A stretch of DNA of 63,203 bases, the filler included, from Choristocarpus tenellus KU-1152 (Eukaryota > Protista > Phaeophyceae), in NCBI GenBank assembly GCA_964200185.2. It is 11 parts of 11 records of this genome, joined end to end, with 100 filler letters (N's around TTAATTAATTAA, not from the genome) between each part and the next. Parts side by side here need not be neighbours in the genome. Positions count along the whole stretch, not along the records: positions 9,379 to 15,333 come from CAXNAD020009318.1; positions 15,434 to 18,204 come from CAXNAD020024890.1; positions 18,305 to 24,679 come from CAXNAD020008273.1; positions 24,780 to 32,602 come from CAXNAD020005534.1; 7 more parts are not named here. One strand, 5' to 3'. Both the position numbers and the translations under genes were made by a program. Positions 11,855 through 25,340 of the stretch are shown here, one piece after another; the stretch's first letter is position 1; every line of letters starts with the position of its first letter. The notes beneath the pieces are model-generated. The model ran no database searches and was not told the DNA's origin. It saw nothing but the letters and a program-made list of their open reading frames with translations.

Positions 11855-13947
11855 TCAGATGGCATCGCAGGGCTTGCACATGAGACCAAAGCTATCAAGC
11901 CACACCCCAGTCACCATCTCCTCGGAACAGGTATTAGCACAGGAGCGGCAGTTCTGACCCAAGTTAAAGTAATTGCAGTTGAGAGTGCCTGCAATCACAA
12001 AAAGAGATGGGGCAAGTGGGTACTAGAGGAATTGGAAGAAATATGTGGATGGATTCTGCGAAGTTGGATCTAGTGCACTGAGCAGAAGAGAGCTAAATAT
12101 CTCTATATTAATATATAGCTGGGAAGGACAAAGAATTTTTCTAGTTTTTTTTATCTGTTTTTTTTGGTCTACGCATATTTTTTCATTTTCTACACAAATA
12201 AGTATCAACTACATCTTGAAGAGGGAGAGGGATATGGGTGGAATATGCTCCTGAATACTCTCAATGATATCTCTTGCTCTCTGTTGATGGGCAGTATAGA
12301 AGGAGGCATTTGTATCCCTACACGAGCCAAGTACTGTGAGTGGGACAGCTGGTGATAAATCTCTTGCTTTGAGGACTAGGGTCAGGGTTTATTGGGGTGT
12401 GAAGAGATCTTGGGGAGCAACCTGATCAAACACGGCAACTATCCACTTGCTGTAACTCACCCCACACTTCGTCTCCAGTGGTGCAGGTAGAATCGCAAGT
12501 CATGGTCTTGTCTTGGGCCATCAGTGCCTCACTATCAGCCTGAGCCATGTTGAAACAGGCACCACAATCTACTTCAAACCCAGGAATGGACGTTGGTGAC
12601 AGAGTGACCTTAGCTGTAGGTGAGGGTGTGATAGCTGACGAGACTGGTCCCAATGTCGTGGAGACAGGAGATGGAGTACTGACTTCTACCACAGGTGGAA
12701 CACTGAGAACTGGAGAGGGTGTGGTAGGCCTAAGGTCTGCTGTAGGTGCTGGAGTCCTAATTTCCACCACAGGTGGATCACTTAGAACTGGAGTGGGTGT
12801 GACAGGACTAATGTCTGCTGTAGGTGCTGGAGTGATGACAGTCTCTGTTGGGGTGCTCGTGAATTCTACAGGTGCGCCCGTTGGCGCATATGTGGAAATG
12901 CTGTCACAAGTGATACATAGGCCCTGTAGAGGAGCAGTGAAGCAGTGCCAAGAGGTGAAGGATGAGATGTGATTAGCATCACCTATTGGGACTAACACAG
13001 GAAAAAAGGTGGAATGACAGGCATGTTGCACTAGATGTCAGAGTAAATATTCTACAAAACATGACCTTTGAAGCTCAGGTCTATCTGTCGTGGCAAGAGA
13101 GAATAGTGTGAAGATAATGATTGTACATGTGCAAATCGCACTATGAAATTTTTGAGATACTCACAGCCACATAGTCGCAGGAAATGTGACAGAAGCGGCA
13201 ACCGTCGGTGGCATGGGCGCGGCACAATGGGGCCTCTGCTATGGGGAACTCATCCGGCCCATGATTGCAGTTGAGGGGGTCCCAAACAACGAGTCGATCC
13301 TCGGCGTTGTCACTGTTTTTCGACAACAATTGTTCAAGGGGGCCTCAGTAAGCTCGAACAGTGAGATGGCTAGTCAGAGGTACCTTAAGTAGTCATTGCG
13401 ATTGGGAAACATGGCGTTCTGCCATGTAACGGCTGATGTGGAGACGTGAGGCAAGCTGAAACCAAAGACCAGCAATTGGAAGGGAACCGAAGTAGGAAGA
13501 TTCCACTCAATTGAAAACTCACGGGGCGAGAGTGTCAGACCCTGTAGATATTTCTCTGTTACTGTGCAGCGTTGCTCGGGTTGAAATATTAGGGGCTTGT
13601 AGTTTTGCAGAACGCACTGTGTTTACTGAAGAAATTTGTACGATAGTACACCCAGGCCGATTCAGTAGAGCTTCGAGGTTATGCGCAGAGTCTAAAATTA
13701 TTTTTTTTGTCTTCTATGCCAACCTAAGATGATATATGACGGGACGCAAGAGACGAAAAACTCCTCACCTCTCGTTGATCAAAGCGTTGCAGCACTCTTC
13801 TTCCACCAGGTCCTCCATACCCTCGCCGAGGCCGTTGGTCTGCCCCACTCCAGGGAGATCAAAGCAGGAATAGAGAGGTGTCCCGGCGAAGGTCGTACTA
13901 CAAGCGAGGAGGGCTAGGCCCAATCTGAAAATAGTTTCAGAGCGCAT
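11855..13947 (-). CDS. Secreted Cys-rich protein with Pro/Thr mucin-like linker (331 aa, 5 exons)
   Basis: Exons 13947-13769, 13455-13384, 13312-13165, 12923-12461 and 11988-11855 are all GT-AG and in phase, totalling 996 nt and ending in TGA. Signal-like N-terminus MRSETIFRLGLALLACSTTFAG; Cys modules (..GCRFCHISC.., ..NCRSCANTC..) flank TPAPT repeats. Confidence 0.85.
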
Positions 13948-15204
13948 TTCCAAAGAGTAAAATCTGACTGGTGAGCACTTTGTGGGCACGACTTAAATTT
14001 TTCAGGTGGCAGAGTCTATTCGCGTCGATGGTCGTCTTTGCTTCCAGAAGAGGTGGTAATGAAGGAGGCGCCAAAATCTTATGTCAGGACCAAAGTGAAC
14101 AGAAAGAGGCTGAATGAAGTGATCTTTGTAAGGGAGTGAGGTGGAGGATCGAACGTTCGATTTATTTTTTTCCGATGAAACAGTTGGATGGGCCGTTTCA
14201 TGACGATTGGATGCGGTTCACAAATTGATTTTGTGGAGCAAACAAATCGCATACAATATAAATAATACCACATTCATCTTATTTGTGGAGGATATGCCCA
14301 ACAATGTATGTGGTCCAATCATCACACCAGGAGACACACAGGGGGCGTACATGCTTGATTTATTGATCATGACACCGTACAAGTTCAAAGGAGTGGATTC
14401 CCTGAAGTTTTTTTATTCTACTTCCTATACCAGTAACAGCAAAGACTGATATTTATCATAACAGCGCCATTGTGCTCAGTCCACTGATCATAACACAACT
14501 CTGTGCGGAAACCAGGAATTGTTTGGATTGTTTGTGCGTGACCACCATCAAAAACACCCCTATGTCTTCAGGAACACTATTCGGAACAATAAATGCGACG
14601 ATGTGTACAGCCCCTAAAACAAAAGTGCCCAAGTAATGGAGGGATTAAGTGACTTCAATGTAAACAGAGGTGTCAATATATCGTAGCAAGTCATGTTCGC
14701 CTACCCCACTGTATCTACTGCCCCATGGAAGGCGTCTCCGTGTTGACCTGCTCCAAGTTATCGAACAGGGCCTACTCTTCCTTATGACAAAATGATTTCA
14801 TGAGGTTATTCTTTTAGATGTCTTTTTTAATGCATATTTAAAAATGGTGACACCCCCCCCACACACACACACTTTGAGCTGTCACGTGGAAGAAGATCAT
14901 TCTAGCGAGTGCATACATCGTCACTATTGTTCTGACCAATCGTGTTCAACATTGGTTGAAAATGTTACTCCTTCTTAGGGTCTTTTTCACATCGCACACT
15001 TTTAAAAATAATTCCCAGGCAGCACTTACCCAAGTTCAGGTGGGTACGTACGTGCAAATCAAATGACTCTAGTCTGTGCTTATACTTACAGAAAGCTTAG
15101 AGTTCTACGAAATAATAGAAAATAGCAGTACCTTCCTACTTAAGATAGGGTGGGGGGTGGCATTTTATGGCCAATACATGAAGTAGGTACTTTTGACATC
15201 TTGA

Positions 15205-15333
15205 CACGGTGACTACGCAAGTGGCATTGTCTCGACGTGTCATGCGCTTCAAACTAGAGGCACAGGGGAGATGGGCACGGAGGGGTCTGTTAGATTCTTG
15301 GGATGCCTCCCTAGCTCCCCCCCCCGGGGCACA
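15205..15333 (+). mobile_element. 3' fragment of RLE-type non-LTR retrotransposon
   Basis: Encodes TVTTQVALSRRVMRFKLEAQGRWARRGLLDSWDASL, homologous to 53900-54010. Confidence 0.7.
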
Positions 15334-15735
15334 NNNNNNNNNNNNNNNNNNNNNNNNNNNNNNNNNNNNNNNNNNNNTTAATTAATTAANNNNNNNNNNN
15401 NNNNNNNNNNNNNNNNNNNNNNNNNNNNNNNNNCAGTAGTCAGGAGGTAGAATGGAAGGCAGAGGTAGAGTGTATGTGGCTCTGATCGGGGAGTGAGGGC
15501 AACTGAGTTGGCAAAGAGAGGGACAGGATATGTATATACATACATCTTCCCATCCTTCCACGCACATACTCTTGACCAATTGTCCACACAACACGTCGAC
15601 TTGATTCGCCTTTGTCAGGTGTTCGTAGATAGTGCTGCTGATACAATATGGATACCATTGGTGGAGTAGTTTAGGAAATGCAGACACCACATGGTAGTCT
15701 GCACTGGTCTTACCCACGTACTCAGTCAGCGGAAT

Positions 15736-15831
15736 GAGTCAAAGTATCTTTAGAGGGTACGACCGCGTCCAAATGGGGGTCAAAATCCAATGTTGCGATT
15801 TTGATGTAATTTTGGCTATTGTGTTTGTTAG
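15736..15831 (+). mobile_element. MITE subfamily A, left part, interrupted by a copia LTR
   Basis: Left TIR plus ~70 bp of the A interior, ending where the LTR starts at 15832. Confidence 0.85.
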
Positions 15832-16179
15832 TGTGCAAATTACCTTGGGAGGTAATGCTATTTGTTAGTAGTGAAGATAAGAAGGTGTGAAGCCGCACAC
15901 GACCCCCTTTGCTGGACGTGATTACATGGTTGAAGATTAGAAGAGAAGAGTGACTTTTTGTGTGGTGTCTTCTCATTGCTTGTTTATTATTTATTTGTGC
16001 TTCACATACATGAGTCCATGGTTATGTCAAAGTAGTTGAATGCAGAATAAAACCCATACATATTCCCATTCATAATCCAGATGTACTATCTCATTAGTTA
16101 CATCACATGGACTCAATTCAACACAAAAATCTCATATACACAAAATAAAGTACACCTCACTATTGTCCTATTTTGCACA
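15832..16179 (-). mobile_element. Ty1/copia 3' LTR (348 bp)
   Basis: Termini TGTGCAAA...TTTGCACA. The polypurine tract GGGGGAG (minus strand, 16180-16186) abuts it. A homologous solo LTR lies at 54019-54351. Confidence 0.85.
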
Positions 16180-16382
16180 CTCCCCCATGAGAGTGCAGGC
16201 AATGAAGAGTTGCTGGAACTCTCAAACGTAAAACATCTTATTGTATACACTCCCCATTCTGCACACTTGCCCATGAAAATGGAAGTAAAAGACGTCAGAT
16301 TGGTTCAATTCTCACACACATCACATTTATCTTGTCAACGCAATAAAAGAATGCAGATTACTTTGATTTTAACACACGACAT

Positions 16383-16830
16383 TCATCTAATCAACACAGT
16401 GCCTACAAAGTCTTCTACCTGCTTCTTGCGTAATCTTTTGGTCAAGATGTCTGCAAGTTGGAGTGCCGTGGGAATATATTTTTCTGTAAAAACCCCTTTG
16501 CTAACATACTCCCTGGTGCATTTCAGCTTGATGTCGACATGTCTTGTCCGTCCATTGAACCTTCGGTTATCGCTGCTCGTATCGCTCCTCGATTGTCTCC
16601 ATACCAAACCGTGACCCCTTTGAGTGTGCCCAGCTCCCCCAGAATGCCTCTGAGAAATATTGCATGCCTCATTCCATGCACCATCGCTGTCCATTCCGCC
16701 TCTGATAAAGATGTGGTTACAGCTCCCTGCATCTTGGATTTCTATGCAATTGGTGCTCCATTCATGAGTATTAGATACCCGGTCAGGCTCCGCCTTTCAT
16801 CAGCTTCAGTTGGGTTGATCAGAATAACCG
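16383..16830 (-). pseudogene. Ty1/copia RNase H domain (frameshift, stop)
   Basis: RRSLTGY..., SKMQGAVTTSLSEAEWTAM, YGDNRGAI, RTRHVDIK, QLADILTK. Confidence 0.92.
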
Positions 16831-17974
16831 AACAAGTGGACTGAAAAAGTTCGGTTATTGTATTCTTTTAGAATCACCACGCAACCAGAAATATAACTCC
16901 TGAACGTATCCAGAGGAAGCAGAACAAAAATAAATGGTGACAATGAGTCACTACCCACAATTCACTACAATTTTCACTGTTCATGGCTTTGGATCTGGTT
17001 GCTGAGATCTGTGGAGAGTTTGGATTTCTTGTCTTGTGCGCTGACTGTTCAACCCGAATAGTCAAATTTTCCTCCAGCCAATTTAATCTTGTAAATTCTT
17101 TCGGTTCGCAAGAAGACTAGAAATCATTCACGACTGTTTTTGGTCGCGACTTTTGACCAGTAGAATCAATTGTACTCACGTTAATGTTCGAGGAATGGGC
17201 AAAAGTCTATTACTTGTAGTGTGGTGTGTAGTCAGTATATCCTACAACTACCTGTAATTCAAGTATGGTCCACTATTCACACGCAATAGGGGCAACAAAG
17301 ACGACAAAAAATTACAACAAAGAAAAAGGACTATGAATGGCTGTCATTCTGTGTGCAAGTTAGTGAATGAAATGGGAGGCAAATGTTTTTAAGTACCAAG
17401 AAGGAAGCATGATGTTGCGACATTGATAATGTAGTATACAGCTTGTATGTCCATTATGTTTACACAAAGAGTGAGATATATATAGAGTGACTACGAATAA
17501 AATGTGTAAAATCAGCAGTGCTTGCTTCATGGACTTTGGATTGCCTCTACGGTTACTACTTGTATCATGTGAGCCGTTGTGTTAATCTATCTCCGATTAA
17601 GGTAAGAGAGGGTTCCGTGACTGCCCCCTGGAACATGTGGTACTAGAGGGCGATTTCAAGTTCTTGTGTTGGACAACATACATCTCTTCCACAGGTACAG
17701 CCTCCAGGTAAGGGTTAGGAACATGTTGGGCACGGGAACAGGGGTATCAGCTAGAAGATGCTGTATGTCCCTTACACTCAAAGGGGCCTAAATTAACCTT
17801 ACTCTAGGATACGATGGGTACTACGCACCTGATGTTAGGTCTTGTTGCTACTATGCTGCCTTTCTTCTCTTATATAAATTATTTTGGTGTGTGTTGGTTA
17901 TAATACTTCGCCTGCAAAACTGCAGAACCATTGTGCTTTTTGTGTGTTGGAATTAATTGTAAACAGCCGATCAT

Positions 17975-18070
17975 CAAAATTGAGGATGGAGATTTTTATT
18001 GAGGATGGGCAAGACCCGGAATGGTGCGCGGAAAGTGCATATATATTTTTGTATTTCGGTACTTGTGTAG
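17975..18070 (+). repeat. Dispersed repeat E (second copy inverted at ~24850-24945)
   Basis: AAAATTGAGGATGGAG...AATGGTGCGCGGAAAGTG matches the reverse complement of 24872-24945. Confidence 0.6.
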
Positions 18071-20249
18071 GGCACTGCTACGATTTGGAAGCGACCTCGA
18101 CCAAGCCAAAGGTACAAGGACAGATGGCCCCCCGGGGGGGGGAGCCGGTAACGGTTTGGCATGCTTTTATGTATCATACACTACATATTGTATTATACAA
18201 TACANNNNNNNNNNNNNNNNNNNNNNNNNNNNNNNNNNNNNNNNNNNNTTAATTAATTAANNNNNNNNNNNNNNNNNNNNNNNNNNNNNNNNNNNNNNNN
18301 NNNNTGTTGCGGAGGTGCGGGGACAGTGCCCCCAGACGGGCGAGCTTATCTCCCCCCCCCCCCCCCCCTGCTGCACGAGGCGCCCGAATTTTTTTTCTTT
18401 CTTTACTTGCACTCTCTTTTCTGTCCTCTTTCTAGTTTGCCAGAAACACTATCTCTGGTAGTGATATCTGAGACGGACATAACTATTCATGTTTTGGTGA
18501 AGAAGGTTGAAAGAATGTCTGAAACATAAAAAAAAAAGATGATAGTGACGGAACATTCTTTTTTTTTCTTTTTTTTTCCGGTATAGATGATACAATGCCT
18601 CCGCAAAACGGAGTCAAGGAAAAGTTGAATAACCGAAATTTCTTGGGCAAGATGAAAATAATTTATCAACCGTAATTTTGAACTGGGCTGATTGATTTAA
18701 CTGCCGCTGTTCACTGCAAGTGCAGTTTATCGAAATATATATATTTGTAGCAGTATGTATATGCAAACGGTGTGAGATCGGAGGGTAAGGCCGATGGAGA
18801 GATTGAGTATGGCATTGGAGGGGGAGAGGAGAGGAATATTCAGGCGTTTTGGATGCTGTAGGTCTTTGGGTTGTTTCTAATATCGACATTTTCTACCTAC
18901 TCCACACAAGCCCATTTGCTATGTACACCATTTCATGTGCACTCTCTGAAAATTATGACAGTCGTATGTGCTTGTGTGTGGTAAAGATATTGCTAGTGGG
19001 TGTGAACTGTGACTCTTTTAATCAGGTACAGTATGTATATTCTTGAAAATCATTGAGAGTAACTGAGATCATAACCAAATTTTTTGGGTGATCCAGGTAT
19101 TTACTCTTTTTGTTTCTCAGAAATACGGAGCAGTGACATATCCTTTTTTTGAGAGCAAAAATGAAATACGACCACTGTGCTGAGTAGTACACTAACGTGA
19201 GAGATGTGATCAGATCATGACACTTCCACCTCACTCTTTCCAGTCAATCCCTTAGCCACGTATTCTTTACCCTTGCTTAAGCAAGACAGAAATGAAAAAG
19301 GCTGTCTTAGATACTGCTCCAGGAGATCATGCCTCTGGCAATGAAGAAATTTGACAGATAAGAGTGTTAAGAGTGTAGTTCGAAATCTCACGCCTCGAAA
19401 AAGACCCCATTCCAGGTAGCGAACTGGCTTGTTGCTTTGTGGCGCCACGCACCACTCGGCGATCGGCGCACATTTCGTACGCGTCGCCTCGCGCGTCGAC
19501 ATTTTTCCTGGTTCATTAGAAGTTTTCTAGGCGATGTAATTTATGTCCACAAATTCTTTTACTTTACTACACTAGATTTTTCCCATATATTGTTTTTACA
19601 AATGTGTATATTTGGTTTGTTCCAGGCCGTCGAAGAGTTCAAGAAGCAGCTATACTTGTAATTCTTTTGCTGCCTCCCCACTTTGAATGACTCCCATGGA
19701 GGACTCTCTGCAAGGTTTGAGCCGTTCGTTGCCTTATATTGGGGTCTATAGCTCGGGCATAGTAATATCTGCAACCACAGAGTCAAAACTCAATGATAAC
19801 AGTTCAACCCCCAGTTTCGATCCAAACACCCAGACAATGACAACCTTAGAGAGAGCATCTGCAAGATAAGGAGGGGTGTGAACGTGCTCTAAAAGAGGGA
19901 GGTCAGAGGCTCTAGTGTTATTCAAGAATTGTGATGTGGATAAATGATTTTTTTTGAACAGTTCTGACTTGTCAGCCTCCTTTATGAACAGCGGGCTCAA
20001 AAATCTTGGTCTTCTCATTGGTCAGCAACGGCAACTTTGACTGGCATGAACAACCTTCTACCCCCTCCCCCACCCCTACAGCTCATTTTGGGGACAATCA
20101 GCTCTATCCCAACCCAAAAATAGATATTGATACTTCGGAGCAACTTGGCAGTTCTTGTATCATGTACTACTTACTCCCTCCCTTGATCGACCTCTTCAAC
20201 CCCAACCTTACACCCCCAAAACCTTACCCATCTTCCCAAAATTCTGTAG

Positions 20250-22644
20250 GTGGAGGTGCAAGTAGAAAAGGATGGTATGGAGGCTTTCAAGGCTGAAATG
20301 CAAGGTCAGGTGAGTATTCCCTTGATACCAGAAAGTAATTAATAAAGAAACATGGTTTTAACATGCAGTAGACTCAATAGCCCTGAGTACATACAATGGT
20401 ATCAACTGAGGTCCTACTGTCCATGGAAGTGAGGTTGAGATGAACAGAGTGCCCGTGGTACTTTTATTGCTTGGGGTGGCCTGACTCAATACTGCTTACC
20501 TTTCTATACCCCTGACTGAGAGTCCCCAAGAGCAATCAACACACTCCTGTGGAGGATGCCTCCAACTCAAACCTGAACCCAAACCTTAATGTTAAATAGT
20601 ACAGAAACGTAGGGCGCAAGAAGAGGGTGGTGGATTGATCTGTGCAAGGTTACAGGGACACGATCTGGTTGAAGGTATACCTTGGCCTGTTTTTCTGTGC
20701 AGATATAGTGAGGTGCGTTCAGAGGCAGCATTGCACTGGGTCACCTGTTCGCCTTTCCGCTCTGTAGCAACTGAGATATGCAGGATTGCAGGTATAATAA
20801 CGTTCATGAGCAGCACAGTATCTTATTTGGAGTCATCTGTCCCATCCATTGGGGACTGCAAGGAAACATGGTGGAGGTAAGTGTACAAGCAGTCTGTGTT
20901 TCCATTGGAGCAGGGAGAAAATCATGCACATATCATAAATAGTACAGAAAGGTCCCTTCCAAAGTCAACAACTACACATAGCAGTTTTGGTGCAGCCTCA
21001 AACTATTAGAGGCAAGGGTTGAGAGGAGGCTGCTGGGGTTGGTCTGATGGATTATACCACTTGCCATCTCTCACCACAAAAAAATAAAATAAGAACAAAA
21101 CAACAAACTATATGAGTCATGACCAGATTGTGCATTCACTGTTCTCTTTTTTTTTTAAATCAGGTATATTTGTCTTGCGCAGTAGACTCATCTCCACCCC
21201 ACCTAACCTCTTGAGACTGGTTGAGCAACCTAGCCAAACCCTCCCCCATCAAGGTGAATACCTTGACGGATTCTCTGCAATCTAGGATCAGTGCAGATGC
21301 ACAGCTGCATGAACTGGTTGATGACTCCGAAAGCATTCGATCCAGGCTCGTCAACAAATTGCTCACCATGCAGGTAATAAACTTGAACCGTGGTTTGGGT
21401 TAAAGGGATTCCATTGTTCCGGTGGATTCATGCATCGTAGTAGTAGGTTGAGGCTATTGAAACAGAGTTTAAAAAAAAAATCTCTTCCATTAGACAGATG
21501 TCCTTGCATGGATCCAATGGATAGGCTGATGGTGTGATCACATTTATGTTGCATTCAGGTTCGATTTGAGTGTCACATGGGACAGGGCGTATAGAACGTT
21601 TGGGATATGATTACTTGGAGCTGGATATACAATCTATAGATAAATAAAGTAGAAGTTAGTTGAGTTCCTGAAATTGACCTCCGGTTTTATGGTATTGTGC
21701 TCTCCTTTGCATTGAGCTGTAAAATACCATAAAACACGATATGCTGTGGGATATTGTATGAGAGATTAAACTTCAAACTGCCTCCAGTGAGCTTAGAAAA
21801 AAAAAAAATCACAGAGTATACTGTGTATGGAGTAAAAGTGAGCTAGGGGTACCCAGGGTTGCATTCTAGGGATGCTGAAAAATATGTGCGAATTCCGGCT
21901 TTTTGTAAAAATTCGTGTAGGGGATTCACTGAATTCTGTTGAAACTTATTAAACAACAGAGAGGTCAACGCTTTCAAACCAATGTCAGTACTTCATCCTC
22001 AGAAAAGTGGGTGGAATTTCAGACGACGAAATGAGTGACAAATGAGTGACTTCAAATGCAAAACGGCCAAAAACTGGGTACCTCTTGTTTACTTTGGCTC
22101 GCAGTGGCTTCAAACTTGCAGCCAAAAAGCTTTGAAGGAGATAAACAACAAAACTGTATTTCGTCCTGGAAGGAATGCAACCTATAGTTGAAATGGTGTG
22201 CGCTTACTCCCCAGTTTTGTTGGAGGTATTTAAACTGTTTGCCGGAAGAATAATTTGTAGTTGTGTGATGGGATGGTGACAGTTTCACTTGACAAACTTC
22301 CGTCCTATAACTACAGACAGCACCTACACTATGCTGATCATTGACTCGACACATGCCAACCACCCCACCATACACAACACCATGTTTTTACCCACCCTTC
22401 ATCTGATCCCATCACCACTCCACCCTTTTTCACGCCAAGTATTGATGATTGTTTGTGATGCCCACTTCAATCCAAGGTGGCACGAGATCAGTTGAATGAG
22501 AGGGTTGTGTCCAAGTTGGAGGTCATATATGCTGAGGTCCACCGGCGTGTGGGTTTTATTCCTCGATCTATCGAAATCTCCCTACATGATGTGGCCAGGC
22601 TGTGCACCATGCATCCAATGACACCAGCGGATGAATCAGATTAG
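20250..22644 (+). pseudogene. Possible degenerate spliced gene or TE of unknown family
   Basis: Exon-like blocks with AG/GT borders at ~20250-20304 and ~21164-21373, plus a terminal-exon-like block at ~22477-22644 (VARDQLNERVVSKLEVIYAEVHRRVGF..). In-frame stops are present. Confidence 0.3.
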
Positions 22645-24487
22645 TACTTCGAAGTAGTAATAGTACAAACACATGTAGTATTTATTGCCAAGATGTTAAA
22701 CATATACATTGGGCAGTATATGGCATATGACAGCCTTCAGATCTATGACAAACCTCTTATGCAATACATGATAAATGCCTGCCAAGTTGTTGGATATCCC
22801 ATTGTTTGGGTTTCTTTTCTTGTAAGCTGGCTGGTTTGCATACTGGAGACACAAAGATGCGTATGTCTGAGGGGACTTAGCATGTTCAACATCTTGAAAA
22901 AAATTGCCTTCAAGTTTCTAGTTTGCACCTGGCCCAAGGGGCCTGGTGTTGACAGGAGGAGGGAAACATTTCTTTTAACATGTGACGCTTAACAGTATGC
23001 TTCAAAGTATATAGATACGGTGGTATTTGTCTTTCTACTTGTTGGGAGGGGTAAGGAGTGTTTCCCTGATCAATCTCTGACTGGTCAATGTATCGATCAG
23101 ATCTCGGATCCTACATATACCAACCATGAAAAAATTGCCAAGTCAATCACTGTTTTTCAAGAGGTTGAATCTGAGATATTGGTTATATGACATCTCTACT
23201 TACAGAGAGAGGCTCATACTCTTTCCAATAAATACTCAGCCTGAACCAACAGAAAAAAAAACGCTACCATCATAGGCAAATCAAAGAGGCAAGTTTCCCT
23301 CGATATTTTGACATCATATCTTCAGAGACCTCAATTCCCAACTCACTAATTGAATTTGGTAAAATGTTGTACGATGTTTATGTGCGACTCTTTATGATGA
23401 TACTTGTAGGATCCCCCTGGATGGTGACAACAGCAGAATTAGAGAGGGAGGGACTTGGTGTTCAATGTGGATAATATCCCTCGCTACTGCAAGGGTATGT
23501 TGTTGTACCTACCCCACTTGAGGAAGGCATGCAAACTAGGTTTCTGACGAATTTCGTTGAGGAGTGAGGGTGCATGGGAAGTGGAGGTAACACAAATTGA
23601 CGCATATGTCTGGAGTACATGCCGCCTCGAGACATATTCCACCCAATGCGTCCTTGGAATCGTGCACCTACAGAATTGACATTTGTCCCTTCTCTATGGA
23701 GTATTGTTGGGTTGATTCCTAGTCTGGCTTCAGTACAAATCATAACGTCATTAATGCAATCGAGTGCAAACAACAGTGGAGTACTAAGTCCTTGCGTTTT
23801 TGCACACACAACAGGAGCACATAGTGTGTTCAATAAAATATTTTGCACTTTACTTCTCTGCCATTCTAAGCGCATTAAAGTGTGGTATATACTATCTGGC
23901 ATTTCCTGCTGCGAGTCTTATTTATATTAAGTTTTGCACTGCTATGGTCAGAGTGGTGCTACTTGCACACAGAAGCTGGGGCATCGATTGGCAAAACACA
24001 AAGGGCTGTTACATGTACTTCCTCCGTTTGGAATGAAATGTAACATGAATTTTGCAGCCCCGATGATGAAGAAGCAATATTTTTTTCACATGTTCATATT
24101 TTATGGACGTATTGTGCAGACACTAAAAGGTTACCCACCAAAATCTCAAGCAAAGTGGGGCAGCCTACGCCCATTTATGATTCCACCCTCGAAGCCCTCA
24201 GTAGAAACCAATTTCAGAATGGTATTTTGCCACATCCACTGGGCCCTTCTGCGAAATTTACATACGTGGATAGCTGGAGGTAAAGCTCTCAACTGCCAGG
24301 TAGGTGAGTGAGCTTAAGGAAACATTTGTGAAGCATTGGTATATGATTGATTGAGAGTAAATACTTGTTTTCAGCGAGGGGAGGATGTCAAATATATCCT
24401 AGTGTTGTTCTTACGTTGTTTGTGCTGATACAAGTATATAACATAGATGGTTTCAGGTACGTTTATCTTTGGTTTGGTACAATACAC

Positions 24488-24679
24488 TTGGGATGCCTCC
24501 CTAGCTCCCCTCCCCGGGGCACAGGAGTAGGTAGATGGGAAGCACAGGAAGAGAGTAGTGGTAAAGTAACTGATTAGTGGTTACCATACCTACAATGTTT
24601 TATAGTGTTCTTATGTTTAGGATATTTTTTATTTCTTTAGGGTTAATAACGACATACGTATAGTTTTCATTGGTTTCCC
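24488..24679 (+). mobile_element. 3' UTR fragment of the RLE-type non-LTR element
   Basis: TTGGGATGCCTCCCTAGCTCCCC...ATAGTTTTCATTGGTTTCCC, matching 53990-54510 and the inverted copy at 54741-54974. Confidence 0.75.
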
Positions 24680-24969
24680 NNNNNNNNNNNNNNNNNNNNN
24701 NNNNNNNNNNNNNNNNNNNNNNNTTAATTAATTAANNNNNNNNNNNNNNNNNNNNNNNNNNNNNNNNNNNNNNNNNNNNCACACACTGTCCTACGACCAC
24801 CTTCGGCATGGATTCCCATTCAAAAAGGGGCCCTTACAAAGTGCCGCAACATTTACAAAAAAAACATATGGACACTTTCCGCGCACCATTTTGGGTCAAA
24901 CCCATCCTCCATAGTATGTATATATATGCTCCATCCTCAATTTTTGTGAGAGGCTGTTTATTGTTGTGT

Positions 24970-25340
24970 CCTCTTTGTTTGGAACAGGGGGCACAGCACA
25001 ACAAATTGAGTGAGGTGATCAATGACAGACAAGACGTACGAGTACATCACACCATTTGCTGCTGGGGAAAAAGTGTTTTGCACTCCACCAAATCAATAGC
25101 AACACATGGAAATGGTCTGTCAATGGGCATATGGTCAGTGGAAAGTGTAGCTTTATTATGATCAGTCTTACGCGTTTGGCAATGACACCATGCGCGAACG
25201 TCGAAAGTGAATGTTGACCACCAATACGAGTCTCTAACCTTATTGAACATGGGTTTGGATCCTAAGTGGCCTTCAGACAATACATGGTCATGGCAACCGT
25301 GGAGTACAAGACGAACTAACAAGTGAGAAACGACAAAACT
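24970..25340 (-). pseudogene. Ty3/gypsy integrase fragment (inverted relative to the main element)
   Basis: HDHVLSEGHLG..KVRDSYWW..DVRAWC..VAIDLVE and DHLTQFV motifs. Confidence 0.8.
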
